Below, piece after piece: positions 14,074-27,739 of a stretch of DNA of 64,000 bases. Position 1 is the stretch's first letter. Each line of letters opens with the position of its first letter. The stretch spans positions 1 through 64,000 of the forward strand of contig MQRK01254807.1 of NCBI GenBank assembly GCA_001938485.1, read 5' to 3'. The translations under genes were made by a program, and so were the position numbers. Source of the stretch: Girardia tigrina. Taxonomy: Eukaryota. The notes below the pieces were generated by a model that was not told the origin of the DNA, searched no databases, and saw only the letters and a program-made list of their open reading frames with translations.

Positions 14074-14689
14074 ATATAGATGATCAGTAGCGTGTGTGTT
14101 TGACAACAAAATAAAACTGTCTTTTGCTTATCAAATAGTTTTGTCTATTGATAATATTTTATAGATAAATTCTTTTTTTTGCGATTTTTTTTGTATTTCA
14201 TTAACATTTAGAAACATTCTTCTTGGCTCTATAATTACTGAATTGTGTTATTTGATAATTGTGTCGATGCTTTTGCGATATTATGCGCTCATTTCAATGC
14301 TATTTCTAAAGTTAATTGTTGCAACATTTTTATTTTATATATCAAAAACGAAAATCTTAGCGGGTTTCTTTTGCATGGGCAGGTCTTCCTAGTGTTCGGG
14401 CTTCATGGAATCGTTCAGTTCTTGCCGAAACGTTTTCAGTTTATTATTTTATAATAGTGGGATTTTTACCAAGCATTTCACTTTTTCCGGAAAAGAATTC
14501 ACATTCCACAAAGTAAATTTAACAGTCAATTATTGTTTGAAAATTGGTCTTACGTTACAAATTTTAAATAATGTCGAATAGGTAATGTTTTTATTATAAA
14601 CCATTTTTTTGCCTTTTGTAAAGAATACTTTCGTCTATGCAATATTCAGAAGAAAAAACAAAGTTTGTGTATATCTTGTTTCTTAGAAT

Positions 14690-16870
14690 TCGGAGCGTCG
14701 TAAGGGAAATTGTCTGACCGAAAAATTTTAAAGTTTTGTTTATTCGATTACCCTTAATGCCAACCCTCGTCCCCCGCATAATGGCTCAGCTGGCTTGGCC
14801 TGAAGCCCAAAATCATTGAGTACATTCAACACTTGACTATCAACTTTACTCAAGTGCATAATGATATCATCCACGTAAGAATTAGTGGCGTCTCTAACGA
14901 CAAGGTTTCGTGACAACACGAACTTAATTACCGTCGCCATAATTTTCGGTGCCCCGTTTAACCAAAAACCAAGACGGGTCAACACATACAACGTCCCTCT
15001 AGACCGAACCACCTGGAACTTCAACAATTCGTACGATACGTGCAGTTACATGTATGCGGTTTTCAAATCGATAACACAAAGTTCCGTTCCCATCTGGTGC
15101 CATCTTCTGAGTGTTTCGGCACAAATGTCATTTTCCGCAGAATGACTTGCCACGAACTCGTTCAGTTCTCTAAAGTCCAGCACTGGCCTCACCTTGCCTT
15201 GTGCGTACGACGGCCATTAATGGAATAATCTCCTTACTGTGCACCTCGCAATCTTGCAACCACCCTTCCTGAATCCTCCGCTCGATTTCTGTATCAAACT
15301 CACTCTGAATCTCTTATCTTACTGAATACAAGGACACGCTGTTCTATGATACGATTCGCTCACTTCGTTCAATCAATCTGTACTTAACAACCCATTCTTG
15401 CCATCGAACCACGCATCCAAGTCATCATCCGTAATCTTAGAGGCCAGTGTCTCTATGTTCGCATTCAGTATACAGTCATGCACCCGTGTCCCGTCAGCCA
15501 ACTCTCCATTATTCCCCACCCGTTTTTCATAATCAATGGCACTTCCGTATTCGAACATGTCCTATCATACACATCTCTGGTGTAACTAACGTGAGTGCTA
15601 TCACAATAATATCCGCTAACGACTGGTCATCCAACGAGCAGACCGACTTAATTTGCTACTGAACCGAGACAGGCGAATCCACTAAAACTGCCCTCTTTAC
15701 CCATTCCTTACATTCATCAGAATCAATAACACGTACCAGTTTTTCATATCAATCTCGAACACATCCACTGACTCATTTTCTTGTAATTTCCGGCTGTATA
15801 ATGCACTGAATGCTGTAACCCGATCGATGCAGAATGATTTTTCTAACGCCCATTTCAGCTCCGAATATTCTCGTTTTGTCCCATCTGCCAATCCATCGTA
15901 CTGTTGAGTATATATTATGTATATAGAAATAAAAGTATTTAATAAAAATAATTTTGTTTTAATAAATAAGATAAATAAGAATTATTTATCTTTTTACAAT
16001 AATAAATATGAAATATATATAAACAAGTAGATTTAATTTAAATAAAAATATAAACATGTAGAATATAAATAATAAGTATATTAGAAAGATAAATAAAATT
16101 TAAAATTAAGGAAATAAAAAGAATTATATATTAAAGAGGAGTATAAAAAGGAAGATGAATTTAAAGAAAAGAGGAGAAAAAGAAAAGTACATTTCTTTAA
16201 TTAGAAAAAGAATTATATTCTGAAAGTTTAAAGAAGAGAAAGTCACCAGAGTTTTGTTAATTACGAAAAAGGGAAACGCCCAAAAAGAAATTAGAATTAT
16301 CACCTGTCTGACTTTCCAGGTGATCTGAAAAAGCTCTCAAGAATAAGAGTAAAAACTGTAGTGTCAAAAAAACACCTTTCCTCACCTATAAAAGGAGATT
16401 AAATCAATTGAGGAAAAAAGGTGAAAAATATCAAAGTACGATCATTATATATTTAAGTAAATATAATTTATATACATATTGAATATATATTTTTTTGTTG
16501 CTAAAATCATCCGAGAAAGAGAATACTCTTCTCGGTTTTATCACAAAATATAAATTCTAAATAGGCTAAGCCCGTAAAATTATTTTATCAGTTTATTTGT
16601 AAATTTTGTTTATATCGAATAAATCTTATTAATAAAGAATTCTTGTTTTACTTTCCTTTTGGAAATTATAAATTTAACCTAATACACCAACAGTACAACA
16701 CAAAAGCTCCCCAAGATAAGAAAAGCGGCATCACCGATTCTAAATTCTCCACTCCTTGAAGTCGGGCTACTAACTCAAATTTGGAGATCCATTCCCCAAA
16801 ATCGCTCACCACATCATATCGACTGATTACGTCTCCCAATTTAATCATCTCCGACTACCGCAAAAACTTG
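14690..16870 (-). mobile_element. Ty3/gypsy-like retrotransposon remnant (gag and RT) interrupted by a solo LTR
   Basis: Gag-like MIKLGDVISRYD..EWISKFELVARLQG; RT-like YVLTRLGFWLNGAPKIM and SYVDDI. Confidence 0.8.
15902..16692. mobile_element. Solo LTR, 791 bp
   Basis: TGTTG...CAACA termini, GTAC duplicated on both sides; removal restores gag AFVLY|DGLADG; internal TATAAAA and AATAAA. Confidence 0.8.
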
Positions 16871-17479
16871 TTATAAAAGGCAATGAAATAAAACAGTCGA
16901 AGACAAATAAATTAATTATATTTCGCAAAATATTCGAATTTCCAATTGTCCGCACTTTTCCGTTTAATAAAACAACTGTTTTAATTGTCAGTCATTTTCC
17001 TCATCACACACTCGTTAAATACAATATCGTTTAATATTTTATTTTCCAAACAAATGTTGAAATTGCAAAACAAAATATTGAAATTGCAAAATAAAATGTT
17101 GAAATTGAGAGAAAAATTGTATAAAATATAAATCTGTGAATTTAATTTTTTATTGTTCCAATAAAATTAATTATTACTTTAGTCGATTCAAAGGTATTAA
17201 TTAAAAAATTTAATCACAAAAAGAACGTCTGAAAAATATTTAGATTTTTTAATTAATATTATATCATAGATTGATCGAATTCTGCCAAACATAATCTGAC
17301 GTTATGAGAGACAATGACTTATGAAAAATCATAAATATTTAATCATAGAATATGTTGCATGGAGCATGGCAAATGCATATTAATTACGATATTACATTTC
17401 TCTAAAGCCCTTCAAATTAAGTTACAATATTTCGGATTTTAATATCTTTGATTGACTATTACACTAATCTAATTTCAGG

Positions 17480-17900
17480 AAAGATCTTGGATTGAAAAAT
17501 ATAATTTTATATTTTACTACATATTATCAAACCAAATGTTTATAACTTCCGAAGCACTTCAGAATTTCCTTTATGTATATTCAATTCCAGGAATAGCTGT
17601 TTTTAACAATCAGTAAAGGGGAAAATTTCGATCCGTCAGTGGTTATCCAAAGAACAATAAAATTAGATTTTCCATTGCCAGTTATTGCAAGTTCTTGAAT
17701 CTGGCATATCTAAACATACATACAAACTGTAGTGATAATTTCCCACAAGGAATCAAAGTATTTAAATTACTCGCAAATGTATATAATGGAAGGATTAAGT
17801 GATTTAAATCAACTTAAATCACTTAATCCGTCCATTAATGTCCTAACAAGTCTCTCTTCCACTTTGTAGAAAATGTATAGAAGTTTCATTTTTCTATTTT
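17480..17900 (-). mobile_element. Degenerate pogo-like DDE remnant
   Basis: IVLWITTDGSKFSPLLIVK resembles the DDE_1 segment; many stops. Confidence 0.4.
17784..17837. repeat. 54 bp near-perfect palindrome
   Basis: 24 bp arms taatggaaggattaagtgatttaa / ttaaatcacttaatccgtccatta, one mismatch, 6 nt loop. Confidence 0.9.
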
Positions 17901-19204
17901 TCGTTCTTTCTCTTTCAAAAAAATAACATTTTAATTAACAATTATTATATCATAATTCGCGAAAAGAAAATTTCATAATTAACATCGCCATCATTAGGAA
18001 CAAGCAAATATAGAATAATAACAAAATTGAAAACAAAATTTTGTCTTAATGCACCAACGAAGTGAACAATGGCGGACACACTTCCAATCTCAGAGCGAAA
18101 AAAAACTAAAAGTGACAAGAAACTTTCTTTGTTTAATATATTTGTTTTCAATCAATAAAGTCGATAACCGAATCCTGTTTTTCTCTTGTTTGCTTGTACG
18201 CGGAAGCTGCTCCGACATCGCCCACGTCACAAATCTAACAATGTTTTAGTAAAATTTCTGTCACAACATTTGTTTAATTGAATAAAACTCGTTTTCACAG
18301 TTATTACTTCAATTGAAATACTTTTAAAATTTATAATTATCACTCTTGTAAACATAAAATGTAATGAATTAATAAATGATGAAATTGTTAAGATCCAAAA
18401 TTATTAAAATAAGATATTATTATTATTATTGGTATTAAAATGCTTCAATCTAATTATTATTATTTTTTTTAATAAGAACCACTTTAAAGGGAAAAGGAAA
18501 AATAAATGATGCAAATCAAATTTATCACTTGTTCGATTACCAACTGGGAAAAATCGATTTTGGAATATAAATACTCCTTTCATTGTAGAAAAAATGAGAA
18601 ATCAAATTAAGGAAAAGAAAAAGGGAAAAGCAAAATAAAGAATTACATCATATTAGGCTCCTCAAGTGTTTGTAATATTGTATATTTGGTCTCTTATTTG
18701 TGTTACATGAAATAAAGGTATTAATCAAACTTTGAACGGATTATTATTAATTGATCTTGTTTTTATCGAGGGATACAAATATTGAGGCTATCTCATGTGA
18801 GATTAAGTAAAGAAAATTTTGTACAACAAATTTTTAAAGAATCTCTTGTGACATTTGTTAATAGTTAAAGCCTCAAGACAAGAATTATTAAAATTTGGAA
18901 TAACCTTGTGTGAAAGGAGTCAGACATACGTTTATTGTGTGTAATAAGAAAACGAGTTATTAAAAATAAATAGAGAATTATTATTTCATAAATACCCAAC
19001 AAAATAAATAAAGTAACGACAATACGTAATCACTCATTGCTTTGTTTGTTTATTTATAATCTATAATAATAGAATCTAAAACCTTAGAATCCATAACAAG
19101 TATTTGATTGGACAGACCTGAATGTGCAAGCTTTCGGATTCAGCTGATGTTCGAGGAATCAAATAACTAATAATAATTAATATTCACCATAAAAACAATA
19201 AATA

Positions 19205-19957
19205 TTGGGTTTGTCAAAAAGTCATTGCGTTTTTTACTAAAATATTTATTATCAAAAAATGACATGGATGCACAAATATTTTTACACGATATACTGTCCA
19301 TTATTTTCAATCACTTTCTTCCACCTCTCCGGTAGCTTTATTATTCCTGATTCATAAAAACCTTTACCTTTGTCAGCAAAAAAGCGGTCTAGGAACGATT
19401 TGATGTCATCATCACTGGTGAATGTTTTTCTGTTTAAGGAATTCTGCAGTGATCTAAATAAGTTAAAATCCAATGGGGCCAAGTCTGGACAATACGCTGG
19501 GTGCGGCAAAACCTCCCAACCCAGTGATAAGAGTTTCTGGCGAGTGGTCAAACGTGTATTTCTTTCAGTTCATGTGGTAACCACATATCGAGTTTACTGA
19601 CGAATCCAAGTTTCTTTAAATGACTTCCAACACTTGATTTTGATATTTCCAGAGTCTCTGCAACTTCTCTTGTCGTCATATGTGGATTAGATTTGATCAG
19701 TGCTGTTATTTTGTCGCCATCAACTTCAATTGGTCGACCGGAGCGTGGTGCATCTTTCAGATGAAATTTTTCAGAACGAAATTTAGAAAACTAGTATTGA
19801 CACTGTCGAAGTTTTAAGGAGTCACTACCATATACAAAACATTAAAATTAAGGTTTCAGAATATATAATTGAATTTAAATTTTATCACATCGTTTTATAT
19901 TTTCAAGCTTTTTATTAGGACGTACTCAAAAACGCAATGACTTTTTGGCCAACCCAA
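19205..19957 (-). mobile_element. Mariner (mellifera-like), internally deleted non-autonomous copy
   Basis: Both TIRs and TA flanks present; deletions at about 19553 and about 19841 relative to the other two copies. Confidence 0.92.
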
Positions 19958-22279
19958 TATTTCATCTACCTTTCAATGATTTATAACTTTCAAAATAATT
20001 TATATTAATATTCTAAATTTTTTATTCTTCATTCATTTAAACATAATTATTTTCGTTATTTAATAAAATTTAGGCCAATATTAATTCAGTTGAAATAGAC
20101 GTAAACCGTTGTTCAACATATCGTTCTTCTGTGACAATATTTTTAAACTGCGGACAGTAAGAAATGTGTTCATGATAAAAAACTAAAGTTTGAAAAAAAT
20201 AAATTTACAAAACAATAGTGGCTATAAATTGCTCCCTGTTAGCCTCTCGTAAGATATTTAGAAATAATGAAAGGAATTAAATGAACTTTATCATTAAAAT
20301 CTATTATTCCCTTTATAAAAATTTCAACAATACAACGCTAAATATTGCTTGTATCAAAGATGATGTTTATTAATCAACAATATTTAAAGAAACTAAACTT
20401 CATTTCGATATTTATGCACTTTAAATACGTAAACATTTTTTAATCAAGTATCAAAAATCGTCCTTCTAATAAGTATTATGTTTAGGTAATTATATAAAAC
20501 AGACAAATAAATTACAGTAATTATGTAAGTGCTTTTAAATATAAGAACATAATAAAATTGCTATTGAAGTCTGACAACTATTCTTAATATGAATGAAAGT
20601 CGAATACATTGATCAAATCTAGCGTTATTTGAGTGAATGACTCTGTCTAGACAGTGACACTAATGATGTTGATTATAGAGATTAATGTATATATTCAGTT
20701 AGTAATCTTTTTCATACATTTGAAGTCTTAAAAAATGAAAGAAAATGCCGAATTATTAATTAGGTTCACGTTAACTTTAATTCTTCACGTTAAAATTAAT
20801 GTTCAAACGACACATTATCACTTTTCATCTCTTAGTAAAGTAAATACATTCTATAAGGAACAAGTGGATTATAGGCGTACAATTGCAATGTTTCACGCAG
20901 GCTCAAAATCAAAAAAATCTTTCTGAGGTACTTTTGTCTTTTTTGAGCTGACGAAAGAGGGATTTGACTATTATGTATATTAAATTGTGTATCAATGTAG
21001 AGTATTTATTTGGGTGTGTTGATATTGTAGTTGCTGTTTCATTGTAAATGCGATAAATCGAACAGAATTGACATCTTTAAAATTAATGAAAATATAATAA
21101 TCCGATAAAATTTTAATTTAATAAGTAATAGTTAGGACAAATTTTAAATAAATGTAATCTTTTTCACAAATTTAGGTGAACATATTTAACGTATAAAATT
21201 AAAGATATTTAAGAGGTTTGAAATAATTTTACAATTTATTTTAAGTAGTCTTAATAATTTGAGGAAATATTTTTCTATTAAATTAAAACGTAAATTACAT
21301 AATTTTTTCTAATGTACTTAAAAATATTTTTACATATCGGTTTTTAAATAAAATTTAAGTAAAATAATTTTCAAGTTAAAAATGCAAAATTGATTAATTT
21401 AATAACAAATATCTAAATATATTAAAATTAAATAAATAATAACTGTTGGTGAGAAAGGACGAAATTTGTTCGAATAATCATTATTAAAATATCCAGAAAT
21501 AACACTAAATAGAATGATGACTTTAGTATTATCATGTATAACAATTTAGTGTTAAATTCAAAAGATAAATTTTCCCTCGACATTTTGTATTTATTTTATC
21601 ATTTAATACGTTTAAACAAATTAAAATTAGTATTACATTCAATTACTAATAATAAAAACGTTTTTTAGCAGATAACTGTTTTTCAAAAAAGCTAAAACAC
21701 ATAAAATAACATTAATAGAAGTAAAACGTACAAAAAATAAATATTTCAAAAATTACTAATAAAAAAATAATTATAACAAATTATTTGAAAAACGTATTGA
21801 AAAACTTAAATTAAAATCAAGATACGATCTGTTTTTTTTCTGTGATCAGAATGATTTGAAAAAATTAAACATTGAAATATAAATACATACAGGTATCTTT
21901 TACAAAAATTCAAATTCAAATAATTAATATTCTACAAAAAATAAATTTCACAACAAACTAATGCCTTCTCTCATTTGCAAGTTGTAAGGCACCAAATATC
22001 AAATTTTACACTTAAGCAATTATTAATTATTTAAATTAAATTTGATTTATCACGCTTCCCAGTAATGTGTTACCATAATGACGAATGGTGAAGGATCTTC
22101 CGAGTCCTCTCGGAGATAACTCTAAGAGTAAATTATAATGTCCAATTGATGCACCACAAAAAATTTACCTCAATAAATTTAAAATCTTTTAAAAAATATT
22201 TTAAGTTTCTAATAAATACCGTAAAATGCCTATAATAGACAACAATTTTTAAAAACAAAAGCCTATTAAAATTGCAGTA

Positions 22280-22785
22280 AAAATCATTATTAAGAACATT
22301 TAGACAAGTCTCGTTTGAACTTTTATTACAATCACATTTAGAGTCATTATGACTCTCAGAAAGTCTTTCATCGTTTTTCATCCTTCTAATTGGTTTTCTT
22401 GTTTCTCTTTTTAATCATGATTATTCGAATAATTTTTCTAAGTCATTTTTTTAAATATATTAATTAATATTAATTAAAAATAATAAATTTTACCATTTCT
22501 CAATAAATCCCAAAATAATAAAATGTCATCAAATTATTAAAAATACATTTAATTTAAATTTTACCAAAAAATATTAAACTTAATTTTAATTGTTAAATTA
22601 AAATTATGAACTTATAAAATGATTATTTTAATTATGTTCGAATAGTCAATCACTTTAAATTTAAATAAAAAATACCAATTTCCTCCTGGGTGGGAGAATT
22701 ACCATTCTAAATTCAACACACTTAAATCAACATACAACATCAATACATTTACACATTCATACAATTTAAAATATTCCTCACAATC
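22280..22785 (+). repeat. Second copy of the 7220-7715 sequence
   Basis: Long near-identical direct match read by eye. Confidence 0.8.
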
Positions 22786-23373
22786 ATTAAATATAATTTT
22801 GGACGTATTTAATAAGTATAATTTATTTATTTTGGAACTTATATTATAAATTTTATGCTAGTTATGAAAAATAACTAAATTTTCAAAATATTAATTATTT
22901 AATTTAACTGATCCGATCACAGTGAGACAACTCATACAAATTGACCAAGTGTTTTCATAATTAATTAAATATTTAATTAATTATTCTTTTCAATTGTCAA
23001 TGAATGTAAATGAAACATTAATACTGGTGATAAAAATAAATCTAGTCATTAAAATAAAAACATATTATCAATTAAAAACAACAAGAAAAAAGCTGTTATC
23101 AAATTACTTTCAAACCAGTTGAGTGAGTAAAATTTTCAGTGAAACTCCATTGGATCCAGTGATGATAGTAAAAGTGAACAGGTCTCAGATCGAAAGGAGA
23201 TTCAAGAGGAAAGAAACGTGGAAAATTTGAGTCATCAAATGATGCCAGTTGTTAACGTTTCACAAATGAAATATCGTTAAAATGGGGCAGGAAAAAATTT
23301 TTGCTGTCTTTTAATACAGAACAAATCAAGATGAGATTGAGTTAAAGTTTAATAATTATTTAATATTGATTTT

Positions 23374-23485
23374 ATGGAACTTGGGTTTCGTTTGCTTATC
23401 TTATCAGTAATCCTCGTATCTTGTCATCAAGAACAATTAATCAGAAAAAGGCGTTTGCAAAAACATGCGGAAATTGTACTTATTG
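23374..23485 (+). CDS. AMPA-type ionotropic glutamate receptor, exon 1 (signal peptide)
   Basis: MELGFRLLILSVILVSC hydrophobic leader; phase-1 donor G|gtaata joins exon 2 to give the conserved IGAIF start of the ATD. Confidence 0.8.
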
Positions 23486-25290
23486 GTAATATTTAATTTT
23501 GTATTAATTCAAATATTTTCTTGATTAAAATTCAGAGGTTTTATTTTATTTTAAATAAAATAAAAATCATTTGAAATTTAATTTTAAAATTATTTATTTT
23601 TTTATAGTTGTATTAATAATTTAAAATATTTTTTATTAATAAAATATAATATTAAAAATATAAATAAAAATTCATTATGTTATTAATTATTTTCAAGTAG
23701 TTTAATTTTCAAAATTAACGTTAAAATGTTTTAATTGTTCTTAAATAATTTGCTAAATAAATAGGAATTTTAATTGAAACACACACACATTATTTACTAA
23801 TATTATTACATTTATTATTATTAATTAAATATTTTTTATAATTATTTATGCGTATTTATACTTGCTTTTTAAACAGGAAGTATAATTTTCAATTATACAA
23901 ATGAAAAGGAATACTAAAAATCAGGGATATACGAAAATCGCCGCGGGAATATGGATACTTACTTTTATGATTATTTACTAAAGCTGGAATCCGGCCGGAT
24001 TTCTGTTTTATTTAACAAAGTTAATCTTGGCTAAATTTATGAAATTATAATCATTAGTTTACTAAATAATTTTTAAATCTTATCTCATAAAATTAAATTT
24101 TAAATTAAGAATAAATTAAAAATCAACTATGCATATTAATGGGACCTTATTTTGAAACCTTCTAATTGTTTAGTTCCCAACCCCATTTCTTCTTCCTATC
24201 ATGAAAATAATGATCGATGCAAAATTTTAGTTCAACCGGAAAACTGTAAGTCGAGCCCATTGTCCATGAAATTTCAAAGTATTCAGAAGAAAATTTTTAA
24301 AATAAAGATCACCTTATGCCACATGCTTCCTGATTTCTTTTAATAACTGAATATGTTGTTGTCTAAATGAATGTTCTTTAATTTTGTGTTTCAAAACAGT
24401 TATTGCTGATCGTGTAAAGTGACTTTTAGGTTGTCTTCTTATATTTGTTCAATTGCATCATGCTCATCTCGGAGTTCGTCACAGAAGTTAAGAAAAGATT
24501 TTCATATCTCTCTTGTTGAATACGTTTCAAATCATATCGTTGGAGCCAAATTGCCTTCGAAATGGCAAGATTTATGCGTTTTCTTCTACAACGTAAGAGT
24601 TGTAAACTCATTACAAATGAAAGTACAATTCTGGTAATTTCTGGAATAATTGGTCAAACATTTTCAATTAGGACTGGATTGTTCTAGAATTCACCGTGGT
24701 CCCACAGTTCTATGGCACAAAAACACATACCATCCTAAGGTTGGTTATTTTGTCACCCAAACCAATTAAATCGGACAACTCATTCGAGTTGTGAAATCGA
24801 AATATCGACTCCGAATCGATTATATTGTTCAAAATGGTGAATTTGATAATCGATTTTTGAGGGACTTTTATTTGCATAAAGCATGGTTTTTGTACTAGTT
24901 ACTTATCTTTAATTAGGTAGAGGTTAAGTAACTATAGAAGTATGAATAATGTATGTTTTTTGGATTAATATTCAGATGATGCTGTTTGAGAATATAAATT
25001 AAAAAATTTAAAAGTTTGAGAAAATTTGTGTATTGATTAATTGAGTTTTTTGTAAATGTAAATTTATATAATATTTAGAAAAATGTAAATTAATTAAATT
25101 AAAAAGTTTTGAAGTTGTAAATATAAAAATGTGAATTTGAGAAGGAATAGTGGTTATTGATTGAAAATTGTAATTACAAATTATTATTCTTACCTTGTTT
25201 AAATATATTATTAAGAATAAAGTTGTGATATCCAATAAAGTTTCGAATGTCGATTTCTTATCATTAAAAATATTCATTGACTGAAATTGA

Positions 25291-25650
25291 ATGTCTAATT
25301 TAAAAGAACAAATTACTTTACCATTTGACTATATTTTTAATGTGGATTATTTTATAAAGACATTTGAAGATAATCATGTAAGAATTCCCGATCAGAGATT
25401 GCATATCAAAGAAACTGACGAAATTTCAGCACCTACTAAAATTTGTGGACACATTCTTGGTCACAGGTATGATTTAATGAGAATATTTCAAAATTTTGGA
25501 AAATCATCAACTGATAGATATTTGTTTCTTGGGGATTATGTTGACTGCGGTTCTTGTTCATTGGAAACAGAATGTGTGTTGTTTGTTTATAAAATTAAAT
25601 ATCTAAATAGAATATATTTATTACGCGGAAATCACGAATCTAAAACGAGA
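25291..25650 (+). pseudogene. Intronless, truncated PP1/PPP-family Ser/Thr phosphatase fragment in receptor intron 1
   Basis: APTKICGHILG (normally GDIHG), YLFLGDYVDCG (normally GDYVDRG), LLRGNHE; C-terminal half absent. Confidence 0.8.
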
Positions 25651-26229
25651 ACAAGACAAGAGTTGAAGAACTCTGGGCGTGGCTGCCGCGCTCAAACTGC
25701 CGCTCTGCGATCAGATGCCTGTATTAATCGATTAACTTTTCATATTTAAAATAAATACAAGAATAATTATATAGTTTTTAAAATTTAAATTATTTTATAA
25801 ACTGAATAAATAAACGGAAGGATAACTGAAGAAAACATCTCCATAAAATATATTTTAGTAGTAGGATGCTAAATCTAAGATTCTAAAAACTAAGGAACAT
25901 TTAAATTGAGATAGATAACATGATATGTATTAGATTAGAGATAGTAAATGATCACAAAATTGAACAATAATAATTTTGTTTTCCAAAATAACAACATGTT
26001 TATAAAATGTGGTGCTCGAGTCAATTTAAGTTAAAAAGAAAAAACTCATTATAATAAAAAAACTCGAAATGCATGAAATAAAAAATTTCGAAAATTGTTT
26101 TAATGTATATACAAAGCTACACAAAATTTAATTGTTAATAAAAGTCTTTTCTCATTCATGTTTCATCCCTAAAACATATTGAACACAAAAAAAGGAATTT
26201 AAAAAAGAAACAGAGAAAACAGAATGAAA

Positions 26230-26420
26230 TTCTGTTTGAATGACAACTTGCAACGCCACGCGGGTGCAGCACGAATGCACGTTTCATGGATTTGCGTGAA
26301 CTCGGGCTCACGTGGTGCGACATCATGGTTGCAACTACTATCGATCGTGGCCCGTACTATGCGGCCCTCGGTCACACCGGGCAGTCGAACGCTGACTCGA
26401 CCTGTATCACGGACTACATT
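26230..26420 (+). mobile_element. Probable RTE-like LINE 3' end
   Basis: GC-rich island; one frame reads DLRELGLTW..DR..AAL, similar to RTE ORF C-termini. Confidence 0.35.
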
Positions 26421-26425
26421 TAATA

Positions 26426-27739
26426 TTAGGTTGGTCGAAAAATAATGGCGGTTTTTGAGCTTTATACTTTGTTTATCTACTTTGATATGTATATAAGTTT
26501 AAATGCATTAGTGTTAGATATTATTTAAAATCTTATGCCTAGCTGTATATTCCAATAGCCATTATTAACATATTGCAGTTATTTTTTTAGAATATTTACG
26601 CTGTTAAATTAATAATGGAAAAAAATTAAAATTCGAGCAATTTTCTTGTACGAATTTAAACTGGGTCGTAAAGCAGCAGAAACGACTCGAAATATCAATG
26701 AGAGAGCACAGTGTAATGATGGTTCCGAAAATTTTCTGATGGAGATGAAAACCTTGAAGATGAAGAAGGTCGTGGTCGTCCAGTTGCTGTGAACAACGAC
26801 AATTTGAGGACAATGGTGGAAACAGATCCCCGTNNNNNNNNNNNNNNNNNNNNNNNNNNNNNNNNNNNNNNNNNNNNNNNNNNNNNNNNNNNNNNNNNNN
26901 NNNNNNNNNNNNNNNNNNNNNNNNNNNNNNNNNNNNNNNNNNNNNNNNNNNNNNNNNNNNNNNNNNNNNNNNNNNNNNNNNNNNNNNNNNNATTTCTTGA
27001 TCGTATTGTTACCTGTGATGAGAAATGGATCCTGTATGATAACCGACGTCGATCTGCACAGTGGTTGGACAAAGATGAAGTACCGAAATACTTTCCAAAA
27101 CCGAAACTAAGACCCCGTAAGGTTATGGTGACAGTTTGGTGGTGTGATGCTGGAATCATCCACTATAGTTTCTTGAATCCAGGTGAAACAATCACAGCGG
27201 AGAGGTACNNNNNNNNNNNNNNNNNNNNNNNNNNNNNNNNNNNNNNNNNNNNNNNNNNTGAAACAATCACAGCGGAGAGGTACTGTCATGAAATTGATGA
27301 AATGCATACAAAATTGAAAACCCTTTGTCCGGGATTGGTCAATCGAAAAAGTCCCATCCTTCTTCATGATAACGCTATAACCTCATATTTCAAAAGTGAC
27401 TCTTCAAAAGCTTAATGAGTTGGGCTATGAAACCCTGCCTCATCCACTATATTCACCAGACCTCTCGCCAACGGACTTCTACTTTTTCAGTCATTTGTAC
27501 AACTTCTTACGTGAAAAAATTTTCAAAAACCAAAATGATGCTCAAAATGTCTTTCAAGAATTCGTCGCTTCGATAACCGATGTATTTTATGCTGATGGAA
27601 TAAAATAACTTGTTTCTCGTTGGCAAAAATGTATTGATGCCAATGGTTCATACTTTGATTAATAAACTTTTGTTTCTGTGAATTTGCACGTCTTTGAAGT
27701 TTGTGTCCCAAAACCGCCATTATTTTTCGACCAACCAAA
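26426..27739 (+). mobile_element. Mariner (cecropia/Hsmar1-like), near full length and frameshifted
   Basis: TA-flanked TIRs TTAGGTTGGTCGAAAAATAATGGCGGTTTT; IRAIFLYEFKLGRKAAET, TCDEKW, HDNA, YSPDLSPTD; N gaps inside. Confidence 0.93.

Noticed and set aside
24380-24640. IVGAKLPSKWQDL-like ORF, possibly a DNA transposon N-terminus
   Set aside because: Too short and degenerate to assign; no paired termini found.
27184-27285. Duplicated tgaaacaatcacagcggagaggtac around an N gap
   Set aside because: Typical overlapping contig ends at a scaffold gap, not a real duplication.
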